From a virus, in the IMG/VR virus record IMGVR_UViG_3300042346_000326, positions 1 to 64,000 of that record: 64,000 bases of DNA, one strand, 5' to 3'. Shown here in pieces: positions 39,330 to 48,567 of this stretch. The notes beneath the pieces are model-generated. The model saw only the letters and a program-made list of their open reading frames with translations. It made no database searches and was not told where the DNA came from. How positions within the stretch are numbered: the first letter of the stretch is position 1; every line of letters begins with the position of its first letter. The translations under genes and the position numbers were made by a program.

Positions 39330-40607
39330 CTAACCCAGAAAGTCATTGACAATTTCACTCGCCTTTGATTTCTGGTGTCGAACGCGGTGTAAGTAGCGTT
39401 CGGTAGTTTTTATGGATTGATGACCCAATCGCTCTTTTACTTCATGGACATCAACGCCGTTTTTAAGTAACTGCGTTGCGTTCGCATGTCGTAAGTCGTG
39501 AGTTCTTGGACTCCAACCCATGCCTGATTTGGCTATTGCTTTGTTCCAAATGGTTCTCCATGTATCTCGTGGCAGGTGACTCGGTTCGTCAAGTATGACT
39601 TCACCCTTTTGGTATGACTTTGCTCTTTGCGACCTTCGATACTCTCGAACTATCGCTTTACAATCGTCACACCTACAAGACCCACTTGCGTAAGCCCTGA
39701 GCGTGCCATGTTGGAACAGTTTTCCGTCTTTCACGAATGGTCGTAAAGACTTTGCTGTGCCACGAGAATCTTTAATTTTACCTTTTGGTATGACTTTGCT
39801 TCTCTCAAAGACTAACTCTTCTTTTGCTATTCGATTTGCCCTGACAAACGCCTTTATCTCTAGTAACAGGGCTTCGGGCAATACAACTGAACGCTTGTAA
39901 CCTGACTTAGTGGCATCTACGACTAAGAATCTACTTCCGTTATTGCGTGCTTTGCCTAACTCACTCACTCGCCTCTGTATAAAAACTTCTTTTGTATTGA
40001 AATTAAAATCTTTTAATCGAATCTCTGTGGCTTCTCCGAAGCGTGCGCCCGAAGCAACAAGGAACTTCGCAAACAACTTCGCACCCTCTGTCGGTAAGTG
40101 ACTAACAATCTTCTTGAACTCGTCAGGCTCGACCACATTGGAAATGTCCGATTTGCCTACTTTGACCTTTATGCCACGAGTCGGGTTGGTTTGGGCTATT
40201 TGCCCCTCTTGTAACCATTTGTAGAGAGAGCCTAGACACGCCTTGATTTGAGCCAGCGTTGCGCCACCGACCCCCTGAGCCTTCAATTCGCCCAAGAGTT
40301 CTCGGACTTCAAGCGTGGATACCTCAGAAACGCGTTTAGAGCCGATTTGAGGGGCTAGATACCTGCCCCAAAGGGATTCATACCCCTTCTTCGTGATAGG
40401 CAGTAATTCGGCGGTTCTAAGCCATTTTTCGGCATACTCAGAAAGGGTCAAATTAGCCCTTGAAGGGCTCTCTGAGCCCCCATTCTCCATGCGTAGGGCT
40501 TGATACCGAGCCTCACTCTCGGAAGCCCAAGTGCCAGCAGACAGGCGTTTAGAGCCCTGCCTGTAATAGCCTGTGAAGCGTGAGCCACGCCTGACCACAT
40601 ACGCCAC
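39330..40607 (-). CDS. int: Tyrosine integrase with zinc-finger-like insertion
   Basis: SGARFGE, TKSG, HDLRH, LGHQ, TERY catalytic set; SAM-like core-binding domain. Confidence 0.9.
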   Translation of the reverse strand: MAYVVRRGSRFTGYYRQGSKRLSAGTWASESEARYQALRMENGGSESPSRANLTLSEYAEKWLRTAELLPITKKGYESLWGRYLAPQIGSKRVSEVSTLEVRELLGELKAQGVGGATLAQIKACLGSLYKWLQEGQIAQTNPTRGIKVKVGKSDISNVVEPDEFKKIVSHLPTEGAKLFAKFLVASGARFGEATEIRLKDFNFNTKEVFIQRRVSELGKARNNGSRFLVVDATKSGYKRSVVLPEALLLEIKAFVRANRIAKEELVFERSKVIPKGKIKDSRGTAKSLRPFVKDGKLFQHGTLRAYASGSCRCDDCKAIVREYRRSQRAKSYQKGEVILDEPSHLPRDTWRTIWNKAIAKSGMGWSPRTHDLRHANATQLLKNGVDVHEVKERLGHQSIKTTERYLHRVRHQKSKASEIVNDFLG

Positions 40608-40618
40608 GAAAGCCCCCT

Positions 40619-40703
40619 CTACTCGTGAGTAACATTACTGATGAGTAAGTTACTGACGAGTAACATCTAGGTCAAATCCGAAGCCCCCTCTACTGATGAG
40701 TAA
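40619..40703 (-). promoter_or_regulatory. Integrase promoter overlapped by four palindromic operators
   Basis: TTGACC-17-TAACTT on minus strand; YTACT-N4-AGTAA at 40619, 40635, 40650, 40690. Confidence 0.7.
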
Positions 40704-40714
40704 CTTATGGGCAT

Positions 40715-40750
40715 AAAAAAGACCCCCATTCCTGATACGGAATGAGGGTC
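40715..40750 (-). terminator. Intrinsic terminator of the minus-strand operon
   Basis: GACCCTCATTCC...GGAATGGGGGTC followed by T6 on minus strand. Confidence 0.85.
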
Positions 40751-40793
40751 GGTCACATAATGACTAAGTGCTTAGACGAGTTGAGTTATTCGC

Positions 40794-41009
40794 TTATGTG
40801 TTTTCGGATTCAGAAACTACTTCAAGTTCTGATTCTTTTCGATTCTGATTCCATTCTTCGATTGTTTTCTTTTTCCATACAGGAGTTCTTCCTATGTATG
40901 TATCGGGTTCGGGAAGGGTGTTTCTTCTTCGATAAGTGTAAAGAGTTGAATACTTTAATCCTAACAACTCGCTTACTTGGTCGTTCGTTAGCCATTCGTT
41001 CTCACTCAC
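40794..41009 (-). CDS. Excisionase/AlpA-like HTH protein
   Basis: WLTNDQVSELLGLKYSTLYTY...LPEPD...GRTPVW...IEEW; next to int. Confidence 0.75.
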   Translation of the reverse strand: MSENEWLTNDQVSELLGLKYSTLYTYRRRNTLPEPDTYIGRTPVWKKKTIEEWNQNRKESELEVVSESENT

Positions 41010-41449
41010 TTTGTTTCCTTTACATAAAGTTGTTGTGATTCATTGTTGAACCACAAGTAAGGTAAATCATTTTCAATGTTGAAGTGATAGTAAGTTGAAT
41101 CTTTGCGATTCAGATTACTCTGATGTGAATTGTGAAAGTTTGGATTGCCAAACCACTTTGGTAATTCACAATCAGGATACATTGAATGAAGTGCTACAAA
41201 CTTTTCACGCATTGTGTCTTTGTAACCACGAACAATCCATTCATCACAGATTGCGATTCCGTATTCACAAAGTAACTTCTCGTGACCGCGCCACAGATTC
41301 GTAGCAGGGTGATTGCGCCAACCTTTTGTTTCGCCACGAAGCGCACGAAGTATCTGCCACGCTTCTACGCGTTGCTTACCTAGTCGCTTGTAATCGAGAG
41401 CCTGAGCCGACTTAACAAAGTCGGGATAAGGCAGGAATGTATTAACCAT
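41006..41449 (-). CDS. Pyrimidine-dimer DNA glycosylase-like (DenV/MSMEG_6728 family)
   Basis: TFLPY...LDYKRLGKQRVE...WRNHPA...SHQSNL.RKD. Confidence 0.85.
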   Translation of the reverse strand: MVNTFLPYPDFVKSAQALDYKRLGKQRVEAWQILRALRGETKGWRNHPATNLWRGHEKLLCEYGIAICDEWIVRGYKDTMREKFVALHSMYPDCELPKWFGNPNFHNSHQSNLNRKDSTYYHFNIENDLPYLWFNNESQQLYVKETK

Positions 41450-41616
41450 TAGAATCCGTCACTTTCTAAAGTAGAAACAGTTATAGAAGTTTTTATTGCG
41501 CTATCGTCTGAGTATTCAGCACTCTCTAACGCTTCATACGCTTCCTCTTCTGAGGTCGCATAAGCAACAACTGAATGTGTAGTTACAACTTCCACAATCG
41601 CTTTGTATCTAATCAT
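41449..41616 (-). CDS. Small hypothetical protein (55 aa)
   Basis: MIRYKAIVEVVTTHSVVAYATSEEEAYE..., coupled at both ends; not in ORF track. Confidence 0.55.
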   Translation of the reverse strand: MIRYKAIVEVVTTHSVVAYATSEEEAYEALESAEYSDDSAIKTSITVSTLESDGF

Positions 41617-41942
41617 TGGGATTTACTCCTTTCGGCTTTGCGGATTAGTTTGTGTCGTTCTGACTCAGTAGTGCCACCCCAAATCCCATAACGAATCCGA
41701 TTCGTTACCGCAAAGGAAAGACACTTAGTTGTTTCGTGGCATTGAGAACATAAAGATTTCGCCATTGAAATCTTTTCAATGTCTTCGGGGATTGTTTGGC
41801 CACTAGGAAACCAAATCTCAGGGTCGTTCTGTTGGCAGGGTGTCTTGTCATAGTCACGAGCCATTGGCACTTTGAGATTGAAAACAGGATTGTTAGTCGC
41901 TCTCTTTGGTTGTGCCGAAGGTAATCGTTTGATGTAAGTCAT
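41613..41942 (-). CDS. whiB: WhiB-family transcription factor
   Basis: PCQQNDPEIWFP...CSQC...C...YGIWGG. Confidence 0.9.
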   Translation of the reverse strand: MTYIKRLPSAQPKRATNNPVFNLKVPMARDYDKTPCQQNDPEIWFPSGQTIPEDIEKISMAKSLCSQCHETTKCLSFAVTNRIRYGIWGGTTESERHKLIRKAERSKSQ

Positions 41943-42595
41943 GCGTTTATCTCCTTTCGTTGCTCTTTGTTAGTGAATTGGGGAAGTTCATTATTGTTTT
42001 GGTGGTCGTTGTCGTTACAATCTGAACAGATTGTCTGTTGCGTAGTCTGCTCACAACCACATTCGCAATCACAACTTCCACAATCTTCACAACCTTCATA
42101 ACATTCTCCCCATTTCTGTATGCGCCATTCACAATTCATCTCGCCTTCTTCTCGTGAAACTAACTTTCCTTTTTCGTATTCAAGTTCTCCGTAATAACCC
42201 ATTCCCTCTTCTTGGTATTTAAGAGTTATAGAAGTGAATGGATACTTCTCCGCAATCGCTTCAACGATAGGAGTTGGCGGTGACCATGCGGTATTAAATG
42301 AGATTGAAACTTCTGTTGGAGATTCAATTCGCAATTCAACATCACAGGCGTTCCACTTAGTTCCCCACTTGGCGCAACGAAAGTTATACCAATCCTCGTA
42401 TCCGTATTTATCTTTCATCTCTTGTGGGTTAGTTCTATTTGGCGAACTTGAATCAAGAAGTTCTTGTGGAGTAGGAATAATCCGATTGAAGTCGAATGGT
42501 TGGTCTGAATCGTTTGTAATGCCCTGAATCAACTTTGTAAATTGTTTTGGGGTCTTTGTTGTAATAGTTAAATCGTTAGAACACCAATTTGGCAT
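41939..42595 (-). CDS. YubB/DUF1281-like ferredoxin-fold protein with Cys-rich tail
   Basis: MPNWCSN start after AAAGGAG; DWYNF...WGTKWN, FNTAWSPP. Confidence 0.8.
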   Translation of the reverse strand: MPNWCSNDLTITTKTPKQFTKLIQGITNDSDQPFDFNRIIPTPQELLDSSSPNRTNPQEMKDKYGYEDWYNFRCAKWGTKWNACDVELRIESPTEVSISFNTAWSPPTPIVEAIAEKYPFTSITLKYQEEGMGYYGELEYEKGKLVSREEGEMNCEWRIQKWGECYEGCEDCGSCDCECGCEQTTQQTICSDCNDNDHQNNNELPQFTNKEQRKEINA

Positions 42596-42621
42596 AACTA
42601 ACTCCTTTCTTTGTAATAGGA

Positions 42622-42765
42622 ATCGAATGAGGGCAGATACAACTCGCAACGCGTGGTCGAAAGGAGTTCTGTAAGCCCCACGAGTGGTCATGGTTGCTCT
42701 TAGCGTTGATAGGTCGTAGGGAATGAAAGAACCTACAAGGTCAATCGCTTTGACCCTCACTCGAT
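42622..42765 (-). ncRNA. Candidate structured cis-RNA (three-way junction)
   Basis: 13-bp closing stem with G-U pairs only on minus strand plus two internal arms. Confidence 0.45.
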
Positions 42766-42769
42766 ACAT

Positions 42770-43321
42770 TTATTTAGTTAATTGTTTGTGAGCGTGGTAT
42801 CTCCAATTACGAGAACGCTTCACAGTAATAATGTCGTGGCAATTATGACAACGCACTACACACTTTTGTATTTCTTTTTTAATCTTGTGTAATGGTTGTA
42901 TGTCACGAATCATGTCAGCGATTGTGTGTTCCTTTTCGCCCCTTGTATGTAGGTGGTCAAAGGTAAGTGAGCGAATGTCGGAATCTAAAGTCTTTATCAC
43001 TTGGTTAATTGTCGAAGTTGGAACTTTGCCAGCAAGTAACTTCTTAATGCGAAGTTTCTTTTTGGCGCAATCAACGCAGGTGTGTTTAGCAAAGTAATTC
43101 GCCAAGAACTTATGAATCTCTTTCTTACGGATTCTTCGGTTCTTATACATTCTTTGTAATTGAGCCTTAGTGTTCTTTCGATAGTAAGCCTTCTGTCGCT
43201 CGCTTTGGCAGGGTCGGCAATAGGGTTGTGTATTGCCGACAACGCCACGAGTCGAACGCTTACGATTGAAAGCGGTAAGTGATTTACGAGTTTTACAATG
43301 ACTACAAACTTTTGTTTTCAT
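42770..43321 (-). CDS. HNH endonuclease with N-terminal Zn finger
   Basis: CSHC...CRPC; CVDC...FDH...KCVVRCHNCH. Confidence 0.8.
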   Translation of the reverse strand: MKTKVCSHCKTRKSLTAFNRKRSTRGVVGNTQPYCRPCQSERQKAYYRKNTKAQLQRMYKNRRIRKKEIHKFLANYFAKHTCVDCAKKKLRIKKLLAGKVPTSTINQVIKTLDSDIRSLTFDHLHTRGEKEHTIADMIRDIQPLHKIKKEIQKCVVRCHNCHDIITVKRSRNWRYHAHKQLTK

Positions 43322-43708
43322 TTATTAACCTTTCTCAATCTAAAGTTCCACCTTTGTCTAGCCATTCAGCGAAACAAATTGGGCAACCTAAACTGATTGC
43401 TTTTTCTGCTGGATACTCGTGACCTCTAAAACATTTTTTATTAGTCATAACTCTCCTAACTAAGAACTTTCTGAACGCAGTTAAAGCAGAACCATAAAAC
43501 AGATTCGTTATACGAATCCTTTATGTCTTTGCCTGATGTAGTCAATCCTTCCTGATTACAAGAATCGCAAAGCGATAATTGGTCAGGTGTAACTCTGATT
43601 ATTTCTACATAACCCACAGTTATTCCCCCTCTCCTTCAATCATTGAGAATGAAGTTCCAATAGCGACCCCGATAAGAGTCGCTATTGTTACTAATACAAA
43701 GAATGTAA

Positions 43709-43888
43709 TCACTTTGTCACCTCATCTATCATCTTTTGGCATGAGCCATAGCCCAAGAAGTTTGCGTAGGGTTTATCGCCCACATAACAAACATCACGAG
43801 TTATGTATGACATAAAGATAAGTAGAAGAGTGGCAGGAATTATTACAAGAACAATCCAACCTCTTCTAGTTAGTTTTGTTCCACTCAT
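43709..43888 (-). CDS. Small membrane protein (59 aa)
   Basis: MSGTKLTRRGWIVLVIIP... one TM helix; ATGA coupling; not in ORF track. Confidence 0.55.
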   Translation of the reverse strand: MSGTKLTRRGWIVLVIIPATLLLIFMSYITRDVCYVGDKPYANFLGYGSCQKMIDEVTK

Positions 43889-44526
43889 GGCGTTACCTCT
43901 TTCGGATACAAGTTAGTCAATGGCAAAGTTTTGTAATGAACATCATTAGCGTTGCTAGGAGTCATGTAAGAAACAATGAATCTGCTTCCTGTCGTTGCGA
44001 CAATCTTGCCTAGTCGTGTTCTACCAAAGGCACGAATCGCAACAACATCACCAATACCAGCATTGAATACATGACTATCATCATGGCGAATACTTTGACG
44101 ATAAGTGATTGCCAACGCTCGCAATTCATCTTTGATTGAATACATAGAAGCAAGTAAGTCAATCTTCTTACGAACTTTCTTTAGAGCAATTTCAAGATTG
44201 TGTGAGCCCCAACCTGTTGTAACGCACCCCTGAGAAAGCCAAGCGAGATTGTATAAATGGTCAAAGAAACCGCCGACTTCCCAAACGAATGATTCGTATT
44301 TAGAAGTTGTGACTCCGTTTGTTGGAGTTGAGAAGTCACGCTTCCACACAACGATTGCGAATCCTTTATAGATTTCACAATGGTAATCAGAATCAACGAG
44401 CCGACCATGATTCAACCAATTTCCGTCAATTATCTTTCTCTTGAATCTCTCTAAATAAAAAGATTCATCATTTGGAATTGGCGTTGCGGTAACAACGCCA
44501 TTCTCTTCTGTAATTGTGTGTGCCAT
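43885..44526 (-). CDS. Hypothetical protein
   Basis: Coupled ORF; SH3/KOW-like C-terminus. Confidence 0.55.
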   Translation of the reverse strand: MAHTITEENGVVTATPIPNDESFYLERFKRKIIDGNWLNHGRLVDSDYHCEIYKGFAIVVWKRDFSTPTNGVTTSKYESFVWEVGGFFDHLYNLAWLSQGCVTTGWGSHNLEIALKKVRKKIDLLASMYSIKDELRALAITYRQSIRHDDSHVFNAGIGDVVAIRAFGRTRLGKIVATTGSRFIVSYMTPSNANDVHYKTLPLTNLYPKEVTP

Positions 44527-45134
44527 TACGCCACCAAGTCCTTTGCTTCGAGAACCTTCTCGATAAGAGTTTCCATTAGGGAGAGTTCAACTTGAACAAC
44601 CGCAAGAGTTTTGTATTCATTATTAACTCTTACATTATTTGTATCGAATTGAACTGATTGTGGAGTTACACGATTGCCAAGAATCCCTGTCAATGTGTCA
44701 CGCAAAGAAGTTTCCATACGCTCTTTGTTTGCCTGAGCAATTCGGCGTTCCTCTTCACGCTTTAATTGTTCCTGCTCTGCTTTCTTGCGTTCTTCTTCCT
44801 CTTGGCGTTTCTCTTCATTCCAGCGTGGTTCAAGAGTTGCCCACAACGCAACAATGTCTTGTGGTCGTGCGAGCCAATACATGTCTTGATTGTTTTCCTT
44901 AGCAACAACAAGATAGCCAACTGCTCGCTCTCCCTGTTTTGCTTTAACGAATCCTGAATCATCAGGTTGATGTGACCTAAAAACTTTGTATTCATACTTT
45001 GTTAATGACACAAGGTTTGCTTTTACAACATCATTCTTACGAACTCTGTCGGGGTCTTTCTTATCGCGTGATGAGTATTGCCATGACGGAATGATTGCGT
45101 AGTCATGTCCAGCAATTAAATCGGAGAACTTCAT
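44526..45134 (-). CDS. Hypothetical protein
   Basis: Likely start MKFSDL after purine-rich RBS. Confidence 0.55.
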   Translation of the reverse strand: MKFSDLIAGHDYAIIPSWQYSSRDKKDPDRVRKNDVVKANLVSLTKYEYKVFRSHQPDDSGFVKAKQGERAVGYLVVAKENNQDMYWLARPQDIVALWATLEPRWNEEKRQEEEERKKAEQEQLKREEERRIAQANKERMETSLRDTLTGILGNRVTPQSVQFDTNNVRVNNEYKTLAVVQVELSLMETLIEKVLEAKDLVA

Positions 45135-45241
45135 TTGTATTACTCTCTTTCTTATTTGTATTTGTTTATTTGTATTTGGAATGTGGGGCGTATAAATCTC
45201 GTAGATACGCCCCACACTTGTCACCTAGAGAGTGACATTTG

Positions 45242-47170
45242 TTAGTTGGATACAACTCTTCTGCCAATCGCATTACGAACGATTGTGCGAGCCATACCAA
45301 CAAGGTCGAATGGATTACGAATCACCGCACCAACTTCGCAGAAGTGAGCCTTCTCGTGAGTTAGTTCAACTGATTCGTGTTGGTCAGGAATGTATGCGAA
45401 CGCAGTTAATACGCCAGCATTATTCATCTTCTTGATTTCAGGGTCACACAAGTTTGTGTCACTCCATTCTCCGTCAGTAATTGCGAAGAAAAGTTTGACA
45501 GGCTTTTGTGACTCAGCAAGAAGTTTCGTTGAGTATTTGACCGCATACTCAGCAAGAGTGCCACCTGTTGTTCCACAATCTCTAACAGAATTGTTCGCCC
45601 TATCAGAAGCGCGATACAAAGTTGTTGTATGAGAATTGAAAACAATTACAGAGCAGTTAGCACCGATTCTGTCGAGTGCGAACTTAATCGCATACATGGC
45701 GCGATAAGCGTTGCTCGCTTTATCGCCACTCATAGAACCTGAATTGTCGAGAGCGATTACACATTCAATCTCTGTAACATCTTCTCTGCCCTCACTCCAT
45801 TGGTCGAATACTGTGTCTAAATCATCACCACGCATAAAGCGTGAAGCGTTTAATTTGCCACGAGATTCGTATTTATCCCAAGCAGGGTCGAACTTTGCTT
45901 TCAATCTCTCTAACTCACGAGCGAATGAAAGTGAAGCCGATTGTGTTTTGGAATCAGGAAGAACAGAACGATAGCGAGCGAGTTCAGGCTCTTCTAGTTT
46001 GTTAGTAGATAATGCTGATTGACCATTAACAATACGAATCGTGTTCTCAATCTCCTGACGAACAGAATCCTTATCAAGAATGTCTGTAATAGCAGTATTA
46101 AGAATTGCGATTGTTTTGGTTGTGTCATTACCAGCACTATTACTAGGTGAATCAGATTGCGATTGAGATTGCGATTGAGATTGTGAATCAGATTTAGATT
46201 GCGATTTAGTTTCGTCAATCGTGGTCTTATCTAATTGTTTAGCGCGTTCGCTATCGCGTGTCTGTTGCTTGGCAGGTTGTGGGCGCGAGTTGATAGAAGA
46301 CTCAATGCCTTCTGTTGGTCGCTCACCATGACCCATTGGGCAATTAAGAATGATGTCACCTTTGCCATTTGGATTATTGCTAGGTGTTGATTCACCTAAC
46401 AATTCTTTTTCCCAATCAGCAAGGTCAGAGTAATCACGAACATTCTGTTCGCCACTCTCACCTTGTTCGCCACCATTACCGCCTTCACCATGTCCTGACT
46501 TTGGAAGTAAGTTGTAGAAGCGTTCAATAAGTTTCTTACCGAGTTCTGTATCGCGTGGATAAATAAGTGTTCTGTATTCATCAACGATTTCAGTTATCTC
46601 AGCAACTAATTCCTGATAAGGAAATAGTCGTAGCGATTCTTCACGAATCTCTAGCGGTAAGTATTTGCGCCCACGAAGTAATGGATAAGAACTCTTAAAT
46701 GCGTTCTCATCATTAACAAAGTAAGTCGCAATAGTTACTACGAACCAATCAACAGTTGAAGGGAATCGTGAAGTAAATAAGGTTTCAATACGCTGGTCTT
46801 CTAACGCATTAAACGCCTTGAAGTAATCATTCTCTTTGACCCAAGTAACAATCTCTGAGCCTTGTCGTGGAGTATAAAGAATGTGTGACAACTCGTGGAA
46901 ATTAAGACCACGAAGATTCGCAACACTTACGCCATTGTTAAGGTCGTTGATTAAACGAGAGTTAAGAGTGATGTCACTCGCACCTGACCAAGCAGGTGCT
47001 TCAAGTGAAGCGTGTTCTACTTTGACAGTAATCGGTCTGAAAGTCAGAGCCGAATTAACGCGAGCAAAGTAACGAGTCAATCGCTCAACGCGTTGGCGAT
47101 TGCGCTCATCTTCTTCCTCTTGGATTTTGCGAGCCCGACTAGCGAACTCTTCAATGAATGGAAGTGTCAT
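45242..47170 (-). CDS. vWA-domain protein with N-terminal HExxH (CobT-like partner)
   Basis: FHELSH, NALEDQRIE, MIDAS DNSGSM...GGT...ITDG. Confidence 0.85.
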   Translation of the reverse strand: MTLPFIEEFASRARKIQEEEDERNRQRVERLTRYFARVNSALTFRPITVKVEHASLEAPAWSGASDITLNSRLINDLNNGVSVANLRGLNFHELSHILYTPRQGSEIVTWVKENDYFKAFNALEDQRIETLFTSRFPSTVDWFVVTIATYFVNDENAFKSSYPLLRGRKYLPLEIREESLRLFPYQELVAEITEIVDEYRTLIYPRDTELGKKLIERFYNLLPKSGHGEGGNGGEQGESGEQNVRDYSDLADWEKELLGESTPSNNPNGKGDIILNCPMGHGERPTEGIESSINSRPQPAKQQTRDSERAKQLDKTTIDETKSQSKSDSQSQSQSQSQSDSPSNSAGNDTTKTIAILNTAITDILDKDSVRQEIENTIRIVNGQSALSTNKLEEPELARYRSVLPDSKTQSASLSFARELERLKAKFDPAWDKYESRGKLNASRFMRGDDLDTVFDQWSEGREDVTEIECVIALDNSGSMSGDKASNAYRAMYAIKFALDRIGANCSVIVFNSHTTTLYRASDRANNSVRDCGTTGGTLAEYAVKYSTKLLAESQKPVKLFFAITDGEWSDTNLCDPEIKKMNNAGVLTAFAYIPDQHESVELTHEKAHFCEVGAVIRNPFDLVGMARTIVRNAIGRRVVSN

Positions 47171-47176
47171 GGTTTC

Positions 47177-48538
47177 CTAACCAATTAGTGATTCGTTATT
47201 AACAACATTTGTAATGCCTAAATCTTCTTTTAGATTGTAAGCATTTGCTTCTAACAACATACGAACCGCAGGGCGTTCGTTTTGGTCGAAGTTATTAACA
47301 AAGACTTCGCAAGCGAAATCAAAGTTAAGACCTGTCGCTAACTTCTCAAAGGTTTTGAGAATACGAGTTGAAACAGGTGTATCGAAGATTGTGTTGCTAT
47401 CAGTAATAGCAATTTCGTCAGCACCACGAGAGCGTGACCTCATGCCATAAGCAAGTTCGAGTAATGATTCTGATTTAAGAATCTTCTTCTCAATGCTCTT
47501 GTCGTAGTTGTAGTTCAACTTAATCTCGAAGCGGTCTTTCCATGCTTCGTTAAGTAATGAAGTGCCACGATAATTTGGATTCATGTCAGCGATAATCAAC
47601 AAGTTGTCATTTGCTTTTACAACTTCGTTGCCATTCTCCATGATTGTAATTGAACGCCGATAATCAAGTAGTGGCATTAGGAATTGCTGAACATTCTTAG
47701 CGAGTGTATTTACTTCACCGATAAGAAGAACACCACCATTACGAACCAATCGTGTAACCGCGCCATCAACCCACGATAAAGAACCATTAGCGTTTGGAAC
47801 ATAACCGCCAACAATTTGTGTGTAATCAAGAGCAGAGTTAGAAGGAATCGCAAAGTATTGAACGCCAAGTAATGAAGCAATCCACATTGAAGATGAAGTC
47901 TTACCTGTTCCAGCGTCACCATAAAGAAGAACATTTAGTTTGTTCTTCAATGCGAACTGATACATAGTGAGTTCATCAACATCACCAGCGAATGTGCGTT
48001 GAATGTAGTGCGAGAACTCTTCAATCTTTGGAATGAATAGCGAACGCTCTTCAATCGCAACCGATTGAGCAACCTGTGTAGTAACAGGTTGAATACGGAT
48101 AACTGAATCGTGAGATACAACAGAGCCTTTAGTAGCGCGTTGCCCACGATTGTCGGTGTAGAACTTTCCTAACTCAGAAGGATTGTTCTTTACAGTATCG
48201 AATAGTGAATCAGCGACAACGATTGCTTCATCACCGAGTGTTTGGTCTGAGAGTGAGTGCTTACGAATTAGTTTCTGTATTAGCACTCTTGGAAAACCAT
48301 TGTCATTGAAATCTTCAATGTCATTAGGTGAAACAGGAATTGCGACAGGCTCGCCAATTAGTTGCTCGCCACTATCGAATTGAAACGCGCCCTCTTGCCA
48401 CGCGTTCTGTTTGCCTTGCTTACCATTTGTGAATCTCCAACGAGTAACAACAGAGTCGTTGAAGTTTGCGATAAATACCTGACGAGTAACTGATACATCA
48501 GCAGGTTGTGACACGATAAGTGTTCCGTAGTTTGTCAT
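47177..48538 (-). CDS. MoxR/CbbQ/CobS-type AAA+ ATPase
   Basis: GDAGTGKT, WVDG, LLIGEVN, DMNPNYRG...LNEAWKDRF. Confidence 0.85.
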   Translation of the reverse strand: MTNYGTLIVSQPADVSVTRQVFIANFNDSVVTRWRFTNGKQGKQNAWQEGAFQFDSGEQLIGEPVAIPVSPNDIEDFNDNGFPRVLIQKLIRKHSLSDQTLGDEAIVVADSLFDTVKNNPSELGKFYTDNRGQRATKGSVVSHDSVIRIQPVTTQVAQSVAIEERSLFIPKIEEFSHYIQRTFAGDVDELTMYQFALKNKLNVLLYGDAGTGKTSSSMWIASLLGVQYFAIPSNSALDYTQIVGGYVPNANGSLSWVDGAVTRLVRNGGVLLIGEVNTLAKNVQQFLMPLLDYRRSITIMENGNEVVKANDNLLIIADMNPNYRGTSLLNEAWKDRFEIKLNYNYDKSIEKKILKSESLLELAYGMRSRSRGADEIAITDSNTIFDTPVSTRILKTFEKLATGLNFDFACEVFVNNFDQNERPAVRMLLEANAYNLKEDLGITNVVNNESLIG

Positions 48539-48567
48539 TTCTTTTCTTTCTCTAGGTGATTGGTTTG

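Noticed and set aside
40619-40703. Mini CRISPR array
   Set aside because: 14-bp palindromes nearly abut with no 25-40 bp unique spacers; they fit operators
42596-42769. N-terminal extension of ORF 41939..42769
   Set aside because: Family-typical start MPNWC with a strong RBS is at 42595; the extension folds as RNA
46150-46210. GATTGC/GATTGA hexamer repeat
   Set aside because: Encodes the SQSQ linker of the vWA protein
45242-48538. Cobalamin biosynthesis (cobS/cobT) auxiliary genes supporting NrdJ
   Set aside because: No cobN or other cob genes; generic MoxR-vWA pair
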